Shown: piece by piece, positions 37,653-48,390 of the stretch
Numbering within the stretch: position 1 is the stretch's first letter
How the letters are laid out: each line of letters begins with the position of its first letter
Source: a virus
DNA: 64,000 bases
Strand: one strand, 5' to 3'
IMG/VR virus record: IMGVR_UViG_3300042923_000241
Coordinates: 13,757 to 77,756 of that record
Notes under the pieces: generated by a model
What the model saw: the letters and a program-made list of their open reading frames with translations, nothing else
The model's database searches: none
Told to the model about the DNA's origin: nothing
Position numbers and translations under genes: made by a program

Positions 37653-40600
37653 GTGTCCGATGAAAACAAGAATATACAGATAAACCTAGCACTCAACAAT
37701 GGAGAAAAAATACCGACTCTGTTAAGACAATTGCAACAGGTCAAGCAATTAGCAGATACGGCGTTTCAAAAAGCATCACAAGGCAACGTCGAATCCGCAA
37801 AAAGTTTAGAACGGTTAAACGGAATTTATGACAAGCTAGTCAGTAAAATCCAACAGTACAACAGCGCATTGACCGCAGGTACAGGTAATGACAAATGGCT
37901 TAACAGTCAGTTGAAGGCAATGGAAACGCAAGAACGACTGTTAGAACGCCAAAAGAAATTAGCCGAAAGTTGGAAATACGATAGCACACCAAAGGGCGAC
38001 CAATTAGAGTTTGGTGGCCCTGTTAAGCAAAAAGGTTATGCCAATCCTGAGTTTGTCGCGCAGATGAAAGAGCAATTTGCGGCACGACAGGCTATACAAG
38101 AAGCACAAGAGAGAACGGCAATTGATTCAAACAGACGGATAGCACAAGCTGAAGCAAACAGGATAAAAGAAACGACAAGTCTATTGCGAAAACAGATGGA
38201 AGAATCGGCAACGGCGAATCTATTCCGGTCTTATTCGTCGCAATTATCCGGTATACGAAGTGAAGCGCAGAAGTATTTCCAGCTTATTCAATCCGGTACA
38301 GGCGATGTTGAAGCACATAAACGCAAATACGCCGAACTGAAGACAAGTGCAGAAGGCGTATTTAGCACTATGAACAGGTTCAATAGAGACTTTGGACAAC
38401 TCGACAGAAGAATATTCAGCATGTCGGAGAGTTTGAATTACTATTTTGCGAAAGCACGCAGTCACCTTTCTTGGATTGCATCAGGCGCAATAATCGCAGG
38501 ACTAATCGCCGTTCCTGTTCAAATCAGTCACATCACCAAAGAAACAGAAACTTTAGGGTTGAAAATCAAGCAAAACCTTGAATTGATGGACAAATACAAG
38601 GACAGTCACGGCGCATTAGAATCAGACGTAAAGCATCTGTCTGACGTTGCTGGCGTGTTTGCTGTCGGTTATCAGACAAACGTTACTGATGTCATGGAAA
38701 TGATGCAGATTCTTTCTAGACGTTTTAAATCGCCGGAAGAATTAACATACTATACGAACATGGCATTGATTATGCACAAATTAGACTTCGTTGCGCCTAA
38801 AAAAGCAGCAGAGGACTTGGAAGCAGTCATTTTGTCTATGGGGCTCGACTTCAAGCAAGCAAGGCTTTTTATCGACCAGTTTAGCGTAGCTGTTCACTCT
38901 GCTCGTATTACAGGAACCGACCTTTTGTCTGGTTTGCAACGTTCTGGCGCGACAATGAAGAACATGAATCTCAATACCGCAGAAGCTATTGCGATGATTT
39001 CTACATTGTCAACCGTTACTGCTAAAGCGGGGCCGAACATCGGCGCGGCATTAAACTCCGTATTGGTAAACATCGACTTCAAGAAAGCGGCGCAAGCATT
39101 AAAGGCGTACAGCATTGAGGTCTACGACGCAAACGGAAACATGAACAAAGGCGTTGAAATCTGGCGCGAAATAGCAAGAGTCTTTAATGGACTTCCTGAT
39201 AATAAAGCCAATGAGTTTGCGAACGCAATGAGTGGTGGTAAGTTCAGGGCAAACGACATGAGGGCGTTGCTGGATAATTGGAATGAGTTTGAAAAAATAC
39301 TCACGAATATTAACGAAAAAGCGTCGCCGGAATTAACATCAAAACTCTTGCAGACAGCAATGGAATCTTACCAAAACGCATTAAACAAAGCGTCTGCATC
39401 GCTTCAAATACTTGGAATGACACTCGGTAACGAAGCGTTGCCCGCATTGAAAGAAATGACCAACGGCTTAACGGAAGGCGTACAGTGGCTAACCAAGCAC
39501 AGAGAAGAAGTATCGAAGGCAATGGAAGCTATTTGGCTAATCAGTAAAGCATTAGTTGCTTACAAGACATATCAGTTCCTAGCGAACACGCAAGCCGGTA
39601 ACTTTGCTGGCAGAATGATGGGCATTGTTAGCACATCGGCAACGTTTACTGGCGCAGTAACGTCAATTGGCAGGTCGTTCCTTGGCATTCTGCCTGCGAT
39701 TGCATTAGCAAGTGCTAAACTGGCTATTTTCTTAGCGTTGGCAGAAGCAGCAAGCAAAATCGGCAGCAAACTGTCACAGAACAATCAAGAAAAAGAGTTT
39801 CTTGAAAGCGTCCAGGGCGCAGGTTCACGCGATGCTGGTGGTGGCAGAGAGTTAACGGCAGAAGAAAAAGAAGTTATCGAAGCTATTGACGCTAGAAACG
39901 CATTTACTAATAATGTTGACTTTACTCCTTCTTGGGAAGACAAGGGAAAAACATTTGAAAGATTAGACAAGAAGGTTGCAGAGAAACTTCAAAAAGTGCA
40001 GATGAGCAGAAGTCTTGACGGTGTAAATGCGCTGGTAGAAGCGGCTGCGAAGAAAATGTCTGACAAGCCTGTTGATATTCAAAAGCTAACCGACCAAGTG
40101 ACAGGACAAGACATCGGCGGCGGCGGCGGCAAAGGCCCTGCCAATCCTCCTGACCCCGCTGTTATGACTCGTAAGCGTGACCAATTTGCACTTCAACAGC
40201 AGTACAACGAACTACAAAATCAGTCCAAAATATCGAACCTGCAATATACAGATTCGCTTGAACGGTTATCGATGGTTGAAGACATCTACGGCAAGACCGT
40301 TGCAACCAACACAGCAAGAATTGACTTGCGGAATTACCGCGTAGGTCAACTAGGCACACAATACCGTAATGCAGAAGATATGTTGAAATCGTTTGAGGAA
40401 CAGCTTGATACGGCAATAGCTAAGGACAAAGACTTATCGGCTCAGATGAAGCAAGTCTATGTTGATTGGGACAATATGTCTAAGGCGCAGAAGTATGAAG
40501 CCGTCAAAGACAATAACGACCTAAAAGGCAATTATACGCTGATGAAGTGGCTAATTGACAAAGTTGGCGAATTAAAAGTCAAACTAGCCGAGTTAAAGGG

Positions 40601-41669
40601 TGAAACAAATAAGGTTGCTAACGAGAATATCAAATTGGCGACCTCTGGCTATTTTAGCAGAGAACAGACATACAACCGCAATCTTGAAGCATCCAACCGA
40701 AACACAAGCCACGCAACAGCAATGGCGACTAACGAGTACGATCCATATAACGACAAACAGTTGCTTGCGATACGGATACAAGGCGCAAAGGCGAATCAAA
40801 AGCTATACGATGCTGAGTTGTTGGGGCTAAAGGCTGAATTTGAAGCGGCTAAGAAGGCTTACGACGACGAGGGCGATTTTAAGGTTAAACAGTCTCTATT
40901 GTTTCAAGTCGAGCAAACACAGCTTGCTTACGATAAACAGAGACAAATAGTTGAACGCACGACCAAGGAGATTGCCGATTTAGAACAATCGAAAAACGAC
41001 AAGATCAATAGCGGAATGGCTGGCATTGTTAGTGATTTGGCTATTCAAGGTAATTCACTGAAAGATATTTGGAAAAACTTGTGGTCAGGACTTGCTCAAG
41101 AAGCTATTAATCAACTTTTTAGAATTAAAGGCGCACAGTCTAGTGTTCTTGGTAATTTGCTCGGCTTTGGTGGTGAAAGTTCTGCCACAAAAGGTCTTTC
41201 CGACTACGTTGCTATGCCAACTTTTGGCAGTAGTATCCCTCAATTTGCTACAGGTGGTAGAAATAGCAAAGAAACCATTGCGCATATTAGCGAAGGAGAT
41301 AAAGCAGAATGGATTATCCCAACAGCCGACAAACAGCGCGGGCGACAACTCTGGCTACAGGCTGGCGACGAACTGGGCATGACTACAGAAAGAGTTCCTT
41401 ACTTGAAAGACCCTGACTTGGCTCAAAAATTCTCATCTGGCGGTGAAGGGTTGTCAAGTACCGCACATCTGGCTAAACTTGACACGCAAAACGCCTTAAT
41501 GCTACAGCAAAATCAGATGCTGGCGGCAATCGCAAATAACAGTCAAGGCGGCGGTAATGTCGCCGTTTTGCAAGTACAAGCAAGCGACGAACAGATTTTA
41601 GCCGCAATCAAGCGTAATCCGCAAGTACTAGCAGGACTAATGCGGCAGGCACAGTCTGGCAGAATGTAA
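37653..41669 (+). CDS. tail tape measure protein
   Basis: 1338 aa, Ala-rich helical; TP901-like core; C-terminal FATGG...EGDKAEWIIP. Confidence 0.93.
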   Translation: MSDENKNIQINLALNNGEKIPTLLRQLQQVKQLADTAFQKASQGNVESAKSLERLNGIYDKLVSKIQQYNSALTAGTGNDKWLNSQLKAMETQERLLERQKKLAESWKYDSTPKGDQLEFGGPVKQKGYANPEFVAQMKEQFAARQAIQEAQERTAIDSNRRIAQAEANRIKETTSLLRKQMEESATANLFRSYSSQLSGIRSEAQKYFQLIQSGTGDVEAHKRKYAELKTSAEGVFSTMNRFNRDFGQLDRRIFSMSESLNYYFAKARSHLSWIASGAIIAGLIAVPVQISHITKETETLGLKIKQNLELMDKYKDSHGALESDVKHLSDVAGVFAVGYQTNVTDVMEMMQILSRRFKSPEELTYYTNMALIMHKLDFVAPKKAAEDLEAVILSMGLDFKQARLFIDQFSVAVHSARITGTDLLSGLQRSGATMKNMNLNTAEAIAMISTLSTVTAKAGPNIGAALNSVLVNIDFKKAAQALKAYSIEVYDANGNMNKGVEIWREIARVFNGLPDNKANEFANAMSGGKFRANDMRALLDNWNEFEKILTNINEKASPELTSKLLQTAMESYQNALNKASASLQILGMTLGNEALPALKEMTNGLTEGVQWLTKHREEVSKAMEAIWLISKALVAYKTYQFLANTQAGNFAGRMMGIVSTSATFTGAVTSIGRSFLGILPAIALASAKLAIFLALAEAASKIGSKLSQNNQEKEFLESVQGAGSRDAGGGRELTAEEKEVIEAIDARNAFTNNVDFTPSWEDKGKTFERLDKKVAEKLQKVQMSRSLDGVNALVEAAAKKMSDKPVDIQKLTDQVTGQDIGGGGGKGPANPPDPAVMTRKRDQFALQQQYNELQNQSKISNLQYTDSLERLSMVEDIYGKTVATNTARIDLRNYRVGQLGTQYRNAEDMLKSFEEQLDTAIAKDKDLSAQMKQVYVDWDNMSKAQKYEAVKDNNDLKGNYTLMKWLIDKVGELKVKLAELKGETNKVANENIKLATSGYFSREQTYNRNLEASNRNTSHATAMATNEYDPYNDKQLLAIRIQGAKANQKLYDAELLGLKAEFEAAKKAYDDEGDFKVKQSLLFQVEQTQLAYDKQRQIVERTTKEIADLEQSKNDKINSGMAGIVSDLAIQGNSLKDIWKNLWSGLAQEAINQLFRIKGAQSSVLGNLLGFGGESSATKGLSDYVAMPTFGSSIPQFATGGRNSKETIAHISEGDKAEWIIPTADKQRGRQLWLQAGDELGMTTERVPYLKDPDLAQKFSSGGEGLSSTAHLAKLDTQNALMLQQNQMLAAIANNSQGGGNVAVLQVQASDEQILAAIKRNPQVLAGLMRQAQSGRM

Positions 41670-41680
41670 AAAAGGAAGGC

Positions 41681-42118
41681 TTATTTGCCTTCCTTTTGTT
41701 GTACCAACTCTAAAATCTTGTCAACATACGAGTTGTTATCATATCCAATGAAGTTCGACGTTATTAGCGGATTGTTGAAGACTGTTTTATTTCCGTTTGC
41801 GTCAATCGATTCGTAGTATGTCATACAATAGTTTTTGGAGTCTTTATCAATATACCAAACAATTTTCTTGTATGGATTGCCATTCTTTTCGGTGATTATT
41901 GTTCCTTTAGCCATATCCCAATGCTTTACCTGTATAGACCTAACCGTGTTTGTATCTATATATGTGACGAGTCCTTTATTATCGGTGTCAACGACAACTT
42001 TTTCTGCAAACGCCACATTCCCAATCAGCAACATGACTGCCAAAACCAACAAAATCTTTCTCAAAGCGTCCACCGTCCTTTCGCCTACAGTATAACCAAA
42101 ATTATACAAGCTATGCAA
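41681..42118 (-). CDS. exported moron protein
   Basis: signal peptide (RKILLVLAVMLLIGNVAFA); antisense within the tail operon; YIDTNTV motif. Confidence 0.65.
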   Translation of the reverse strand: MHSLYNFGYTVGERTVDALRKILLVLAVMLLIGNVAFAEKVVVDTDNKGLVTYIDTNTVRSIQVKHWDMAKGTIITEKNGNPYKKIVWYIDKDSKNYCMTYYESIDANGNKTVFNNPLITSNFIGYDNNSYVDKILELVQQKEGK

Positions 42119-42198
42119 GCAATATTTTACTTTTCTGATTAATTATATGTTTTTTAACTGAATATGGCGATTGTCCTCTTGTTTTTGTTGGTAACCTA

Positions 42199-42244
42199 TT
42201 GACATGATTAGCTATGATGAGTTATAATTAATCATAGCTAATCA
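42199..42244 (+). promoter_or_regulatory. sigma-A promoter overlapped by a 14-bp inverted-repeat operator
   Basis: TTGACA-18-TATAAT; TGATTAGCTATGAT...ATCATAGCTAATCA. Confidence 0.75.
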
Positions 42245-42257
42245 AAGGAGGTAGGTT

Positions 42258-42425
42258 ATGGATGAACTGTTAACCAAAAAAGACCTTTGCCAATGGCTTA
42301 AAATCAGTATTCCTACTGTTGATAGGTGGAGAGCTGAAGGTTTGCCGTTTAAGAAGGTTGGGCGGCAAGTTCGTTTTGAAAAGTCAGAAGTTGAATACTG
42401 GCTTGCAAAACAAAACAAAAAGTAA
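42258..42425 (+). CDS. excisionase/MerR-like HTH protein (55 aa; not in track)
   Basis: AGGAGG RBS; MDELLTKKDLCQWLKISIPTVDRWRAEGLPFKKVGRQVRFEKSEVEYWL. Confidence 0.85.
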   Translation: MDELLTKKDLCQWLKISIPTVDRWRAEGLPFKKVGRQVRFEKSEVEYWLAKQNKK

Positions 42426-42564
42426 GAGGACTTTCGCAACCCCTCCAAGAGTACCGAAAGTCCTCAACCAAAACCCTTCCGACAAGAGCTTGCTGCAGAA
42501 GGTGTTTCCTTAATTGTAGCAGATTGCTCTCCTGTCGGCAAGAGGACAGAAGGAGAGGGAAATA

Positions 42565-43341
42565 TTGAGTAATTTAACATTGGTAAAATCAGAAAGTTTT
42601 GGTAATGTGCAATGTGATTTTTATAAGGACAGTAAAGATGTTTGGATGACGCGGCGGCAAATTGGTGACTCGCTTGAATATGAAGACGGCAACCAGGCAG
42701 TCAAGAACATTCACTTGCGCCACAAAGATCGACTTGATAAGTTTTCAAGGGTGGTTCAGATTGAGACCCCCTTCGGAAAACAATCAACTACGGTTTATTC
42801 AATGAAAGGCGTATACGAAATATGCCGTTGGAGTCAACAAGCGAAAGCCGATGCGTTTTATGATTGGGTTTATGAAACGCTAGAATCATTACGAAATGGC
42901 GAATCAAAAATAGTCAACATTGCCGAATACCGAAGAATGGAACTCGAAGCTAAACACAACAACTCATTGGCAAGAAGGGCAAATGCTCTTTTGAAGATCG
43001 AATCTAGATATAGTGACTTATTGTCGCCACAATCTAGGCAACTTATTGTAGGTGAAGCGGTAACTGTTTTAACAGGGAAAGAGTTAATCGGTAAACCGCA
43101 GATTCCGATTACATACACGGCAACGGAGATTGGCAATATTGCTGGCGTATCTGCTAACATGATTGGTAGACTTTCGGAAACCCATAAGATAAAAACTGAC
43201 GAATACGGCATATGGGTTCTTGATAAGTCGAAACACTCGTCAAAACAGATTAGAAACTTCCTGTACAACGAAGCAGGTAAGAATAAGATTCTGAGTCTGG
43301 TCGGCAAGCGCAACAACCAATTGGCAGGAGGATTGCAATAA
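42565..43341 (+). CDS. BRO-N family antirepressor
   Basis: MTRRQIGDSLEY, YSMKGVYEICRWS...KADAFYDWV; C-terminal YTATEIG. Confidence 0.85.
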   Translation: MSNLTLVKSESFGNVQCDFYKDSKDVWMTRRQIGDSLEYEDGNQAVKNIHLRHKDRLDKFSRVVQIETPFGKQSTTVYSMKGVYEICRWSQQAKADAFYDWVYETLESLRNGESKIVNIAEYRRMELEAKHNNSLARRANALLKIESRYSDLLSPQSRQLIVGEAVTVLTGKELIGKPQIPITYTATEIGNIAGVSANMIGRLSETHKIKTDEYGIWVLDKSKHSSKQIRNFLYNEAGKNKILSLVGKRNNQLAGGLQ

Positions 43342-43620
43342 TGCGAGAAGCAATTAAGCAATACATAACAGACTTTTCAGCAGCTATACGGAATGACGAC
43401 ACTGCCGTTGATGAGTTTCGTCCCTGTGTCGACTTAGACTACAATAAAGAGCAATGCGAAGGTTGCAAACTTTATGAAATTTGTGGACTGATAGCAGAAG
43501 ACAACAACGGTTAGCTTATTTTTTTTAGCATATTTGCTACTGAGGAAGCAAATTAAAAATCACAGTTTTAAGGATTCGGTTCAGCCGAGTCCTTTTTTCA
43601 TGCCAGAAAGGAGGTATCAG

Positions 43621-44028
43621 ATGAAAGAAAACTTCGATCAGTTTATCGGAATACCGTGGAAGTTTAATGGCAGGGATAAGGAAGGATTGGATTGTGTAGG
43701 GATGTGCGCCTATATCTACGATTATTTCGGTTGGAAGCAGACTTGGACTGATGGAAAGCCAATTGAGGAAGGTTGGTACAAAACTCAGCCGTTGAGAATG
43801 TTACTTTGGCTCAGAAGAAACTTTATACCGACTAAAGACAGAAACCTTCTCAAAACTGGCGACATTCTTCTTTTCAAAATCTCTGGCGAACATCATCTAG
43901 GGGTATACGAAAAATATGGTCAGTTTATCACAATCATGCCGCCTTCTCATCGCGAGTTTGGCGGTACTTCTTTTCGCGCTAGGCTGAATCAGTACGAATC
44001 AGCAGTAGTCAGCTACTACAGGAGGTGA
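43621..44028 (+). CDS. NlpC/P60 tail-associated peptidase (gpK-like)
   Basis: IGIPWKFNGR...GLDCVG, GDILLF, HLGVY. Confidence 0.88.
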   Translation: MKENFDQFIGIPWKFNGRDKEGLDCVGMCAYIYDYFGWKQTWTDGKPIEEGWYKTQPLRMLLWLRRNFIPTKDRNLLKTGDILLFKISGEHHLGVYEKYGQFITIMPPSHREFGGTSFRARLNQYESAVVSYYRR

Positions 44029-44032
44029 CTTG

Positions 44033-44401
44033 ATGGACACATTCACTTTCAAGCACTATCAGGAAGTCGATATGGACGATCAGGCAAACAACTTTCGTGT
44101 TGAGTTTGGAACAGGCAATGAACAGATTCAACGCAAAACGGTAAACGGCATATTAAAATGGACATTGCCATTCCGTGGAGATAAAACAGACTTTGATGAG
44201 TTATATGCGTTTTGGAACAGTCACAAACATGGTGAACAATTTTATTGGATAGACCCCGTAACAGGAACACAACATGTTTGTACGTTTTCCAACGACAATT
44301 TTCAAGTTAAAGAGAAATATGGTCACGATGAAACAGGGTATGGCATGAAGGCGTTTGATTCGGTTGAACTGATACTCCGCAAGGTTTGGGGTGTTGCGTA
44401 A
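44033..44401 (+). CDS. distal tail protein (gpM-like)
   Basis: FGTGNEQ, FWNSHKHGEQFYWIDP. Confidence 0.7.
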   Translation: MDTFTFKHYQEVDMDDQANNFRVEFGTGNEQIQRKTVNGILKWTLPFRGDKTDFDELYAFWNSHKHGEQFYWIDPVTGTQHVCTFSNDNFQVKEKYGHDETGYGMKAFDSVELILRKVWGVA

Positions 44402-45222
44402 TGCTTTTGCTCCCAACCAAGATGGCACTCGCCAAAGAAAAGTCGAGTGTCTTTTTTATTACCCTTTACGCTTTTCACCTCATCAACGAAACGCTTTATT
44501 TTGCCGCTTGCGATGAAGACATTCCTTGGTATCTCCCACGAACGGAAACGCCAATTGTCTACAAAGCAATGCCAATTCAGATTGAGACAGTAAAATCGTC
44601 TGTCGATTCCAAGGTTGACAACGTTTCCCTGTCGGTCAGTAATATTGACGATGCGTTTACTGGCGCATTGTTTCAAGGGTATGAATTCAGAGGTAGGTTA
44701 GTTGAAGTTTTTCAAATATCTTACCCTGAGTCGTTAAACGAGCCGACAGAATTTAGACCGATGTTCTGCGGTCAGTTAGACGACCCCGAACTCGACGAAA
44801 AAGAAAAAACGTTCAAAGTCACACTAAAAAGCAACTTTCCCAACACTCAACCCGGACGGACGTTTATGCTGAGTTGTAACGCAATTGATTTTGGCGACAT
44901 GGAAACCTGCGGTGCAAGCAAAGTCACTCTTGCAGGAATTGTACAACCAGGTTCTAACCAAAACAACATTTACATTCAACAGACAATGGCAAACGACTAT
45001 TGGCAACACGGCATGCTTACTATTGCTTTTGAAACACGGAAAATCATCTCCAACACAGGCAATTACATTGAAGTTGAGTATCCGTTTAGTTTTGCGCCGA
45101 CAGGTAGTTATACCATTGAAACCGGTTGCTGCAAGAGTGAACAAAACTGTATTAAGTGGAACAACTTAATTAATCGAAGTGGTTTTCCGGCAATACCGTT
45201 CGAAATGAAAATTATTAGCTAA
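44401..45222 (+). CDS. minor tail protein (gpL/DUF2163-like)
   Basis: SCN...CG, GCCKS..C..WNN..N..GFPAIP. Confidence 0.75.
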   Translation: MLLLPTKMALAKEKSSVFFITLYAFHLINETLYFAACDEDIPWYLPRTETPIVYKAMPIQIETVKSSVDSKVDNVSLSVSNIDDAFTGALFQGYEFRGRLVEVFQISYPESLNEPTEFRPMFCGQLDDPELDEKEKTFKVTLKSNFPNTQPGRTFMLSCNAIDFGDMETCGASKVTLAGIVQPGSNQNNIYIQQTMANDYWQHGMLTIAFETRKIISNTGNYIEVEYPFSFAPTGSYTIETGCCKSEQNCIKWNNLINRSGFPAIPFEMKIIS

Positions 45223-45246
45223 TCTTCTTGTAAGGGAGGTGATTTA

Positions 45247-48200
45247 GTGGGAAAAAAGAAAGGGAAAATATTTGCGTCCATATTTGGATTTGCGTTGGGC
45301 TTTGCTAATCCTGCATTTTTTGGTGCTGGAACTGCCTCTTTTACTGCCGGTATGTACGGCGCATCTTTAGCGTCTAACCTATGGTCGATGTCGCATAAAC
45401 CGAAAGTCACGCAAGACTACGGAAGATTCGATAGCCTTATGAACACCATCAGCAGCGAAGCGATGATTCCAATTATATATGGAAGGCGCAAGTGGGCAGG
45501 GAATCAAACCTATCACAAGCCGTCTGCCGACAAGAAAAAACTCGTAAAAGACGTTGTTCTCTGTGAAGGCGAGATTGAATGGATAGAATATGTAGCCGCA
45601 AACGATATGCCGATTTACGATACGCCTATTGTCAAGATAAAATATACAGGCGCGGCAGAAAAGGCAACCTATTCCGTTAAAAACAGCATTTTTTCCTTGA
45701 ATTTTTATCACTTAGTTGATATGGACGGCAGTATGGAATGGACAGAATATGGTTCAGGCCTTTTCGGAGGAAGCAACCCATATCCTCCGTTGACATTTGA
45801 CATGATCGACAAACAGCCAATTGATTTATATAATTGGCTAAACCAACAAGTGGGATTTCAAGCGATAGAATTGGTTTCGTATTTTGCATTGTCAACAATT
45901 CCTGACAAGGCTAAGTCCGCAAGCAATACAGACTTCAAAAACGTATTCGGTTCATTAATCATCCCTGGACTTCCAGGATGCTCATATGAATTTCACAATG
46001 GTTCTCCCGCTCAACAGCCGCCAAGCAACTATGCCGATGTTGGCAGTTATAAGAATATGGCATGGTTGCGTGTTACATTGACATTATCAGAAAAACTACA
46101 GGGCAGTAACCCGACAATTACATGTGTTGTTTATGGCAAAAAGGTTAATGTGTATCGCAACGGTGCGTGGTATTATGAATATTCGGACAACCCTGTTTGG
46201 TGCGTTCGTGATTACTGCCTATCTCGCCGTTATGGTCTTGGAAGATGGTTTACGGCAAGCGACTTTGACAACGATGCTAACCTTGAATCTGCCGATTACT
46301 GTAATGCGGCAGTTAGTTACAAAGACGAAAATGGGGTTATCCGGCAGGAGAAGCGATATAGTCTCAATATAATTCTTGACCAAAAACGTGATGCCGTTGA
46401 CCAGTTAAGTGATATGCTCTGCAATTTTGCAGGGTATTTTTCTTTCAGTCCGTATAGTGTAGCGATTCGGATTGAAAAAGAAACCAGCAAATCATATGAC
46501 TTTACCGACGCAACGATTATTACAGATAGTGTTAAATTTGGTCAAAAGCCTAGTGACGAAAATTTTAACCGATATACGGTAGGTTACTTTGACCCGAATA
46601 ACAATTGGACACAAGTCAAGGTGCTGTTAGAGGATTTCCCTGGACAAAAGCAATCCGGCAAGGTTGTCAATTCCGACGTAACATTTCCCGGAACTCTCAG
46701 CCAATCACAGGCTTTGCGATTAACCAGACTGCTGAAAGATGTGACAAAACTCTGCTCAATCAACATGAGCTTTCAGACGGCAACGATGGCGATGCACCTG
46801 CAATGTGGCGACGTTGTGCATGTGACGTACAAAAATTATTTTACCGCTATGCCGTTCAGAATACAGGCAATTGATGAGAATAATGGCATTTGGACACTAA
46901 CGTGTCGGCAATATAATGGTTCGATTTATAACGATCAGTTGGGCGCAGAGATTCAAGTTAAAAATTACAACTTTATCGCAAGTCCGCTTGTTGGTGTTAT
47001 TCCGGAAGTTTCCGGTCTAACCCTGTCGCAGACGTACTACAGACAAGGCGATGGAACAATTATTTCCGATATCGGTATTAGTTTTAACACGGCTAGTTAT
47101 CAGTTTTTGCGGCAGTATATCGTTGATTACAGTATTGACAACGGCGTAAATTGGACGAATTACGTTAACACTTTGGACAACCAAGTCGTATTGCACAATG
47201 CGATTGTCAAAAAAACTTACTTGATTCGCGTCCGTGTGCAAAATACCGCAGGCAGAGTGTCGGGCGGATTAGTCTCTGATTCGTTATTCGTAACCGGCAA
47301 AGACAATCCTCCTTCAGACGTAACAAGGTTGTCTGTTAGTCAAATTGACGACAAATTGCACGTTGCGATAATTCCCAATACAGACCCAGACCTGCGCCAT
47401 TACGAATTACGGTTAGGCGTAACTTGGGAAGAGTCCGAGAAAGTAACGATTTTTTACGATCAACTAATTACAATTGATGCGCCACGCGAAGGAACGTTGA
47501 CGTATTTAGTTAAGGCGGTTGACAACTCAGGAAACCAGTCGACGAATGCAACAAAGTCTGTAGTTAACGTCTTTAACTTGCCTATAAAAAACGTTATCGC
47601 ACAACGCGAAGAAATATTGTCGTCGTGGTCTAACACAGACGATAAATGTTTCTTAGACGGCACGCAACAATGGCAATTAAATAGCAAAAAAACACTTGGA
47701 GAGTTTGCATTATTTGCCGATTTCTTTAATTCTCAGTTCGAGAAGAACGATAACGCCGAGTTGATTTTGCCGGTTGTTGATCTAGGGCAGAACATTATCG
47801 AAGAAGGCTTTTTCTTTGTCGACGGACTAGGCAATGTTCAAATTAACTCAATTGAAATACTCGGTTCGTTTGTGCTTTTTAGCGAGTGGTTTAATGCCGC
47901 TCTTACTCCACAACCGGTTAAGTATGTTACTCAGACGTTTATTAAGTTTGATGTAATATACTCGAAAAGCATAAATACAGAATTGACTATTGAGTACCGA
48001 ACCAGTATTGATGGTCAACATTTCGGTTCGTGGACACCGATTTCTATTCGTCAGTTTTTCGGTAGATATGTGCAAATTCGCATATTGCCTAAAACGCTAA
48101 ACGGAATAACGCAAATAGTTATTTCGTCGGCAACTCAGGCAATTGATGTGCCGGATGTTGAAAATATCGTTGTCAATAAAGACATTCCTGCACAAAAAAC

Positions 48201-48390
48201 GCGAATTGTTTTTAATCGAAAATTCTACGCAACGCCAAAAAGTCTTGCAGTTTACACACAAGACACTACCGGAAAATGGGCAAGTAACAGAACAACAAAT
48301 ATAACAAATGATGGTTTTGATTTAGAAATATTAGACGGCGACACGCTAGTCGCAGGGAAAATGCAAGAAGCGAGAGCGAGGGGATATTAA
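45247..48390 (+). CDS. central tail fibre / host-specificity protein (gpJ-like)
   Basis: IPIIYG, SDNPVWCVRDY, FnIII-like segments; 1047 aa. Confidence 0.88.
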   Translation: MGKKKGKIFASIFGFALGFANPAFFGAGTASFTAGMYGASLASNLWSMSHKPKVTQDYGRFDSLMNTISSEAMIPIIYGRRKWAGNQTYHKPSADKKKLVKDVVLCEGEIEWIEYVAANDMPIYDTPIVKIKYTGAAEKATYSVKNSIFSLNFYHLVDMDGSMEWTEYGSGLFGGSNPYPPLTFDMIDKQPIDLYNWLNQQVGFQAIELVSYFALSTIPDKAKSASNTDFKNVFGSLIIPGLPGCSYEFHNGSPAQQPPSNYADVGSYKNMAWLRVTLTLSEKLQGSNPTITCVVYGKKVNVYRNGAWYYEYSDNPVWCVRDYCLSRRYGLGRWFTASDFDNDANLESADYCNAAVSYKDENGVIRQEKRYSLNIILDQKRDAVDQLSDMLCNFAGYFSFSPYSVAIRIEKETSKSYDFTDATIITDSVKFGQKPSDENFNRYTVGYFDPNNNWTQVKVLLEDFPGQKQSGKVVNSDVTFPGTLSQSQALRLTRLLKDVTKLCSINMSFQTATMAMHLQCGDVVHVTYKNYFTAMPFRIQAIDENNGIWTLTCRQYNGSIYNDQLGAEIQVKNYNFIASPLVGVIPEVSGLTLSQTYYRQGDGTIISDIGISFNTASYQFLRQYIVDYSIDNGVNWTNYVNTLDNQVVLHNAIVKKTYLIRVRVQNTAGRVSGGLVSDSLFVTGKDNPPSDVTRLSVSQIDDKLHVAIIPNTDPDLRHYELRLGVTWEESEKVTIFYDQLITIDAPREGTLTYLVKAVDNSGNQSTNATKSVVNVFNLPIKNVIAQREEILSSWSNTDDKCFLDGTQQWQLNSKKTLGEFALFADFFNSQFEKNDNAELILPVVDLGQNIIEEGFFFVDGLGNVQINSIEILGSFVLFSEWFNAALTPQPVKYVTQTFIKFDVIYSKSINTELTIEYRTSIDGQHFGSWTPISIRQFFGRYVQIRILPKTLNGITQIVISSATQAIDVPDVENIVVNKDIPAQKTRIVFNRKFYATPKSLAVYTQDTTGKWASNRTTNITNDGFDLEILDGDTLVAGKMQEARARGY

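Noticed and set aside
42258-42425. True excisionase marking an integration module
   Set aside because: No integrase or att site is adjacent; context fits a regulator of the antirepressor cassette
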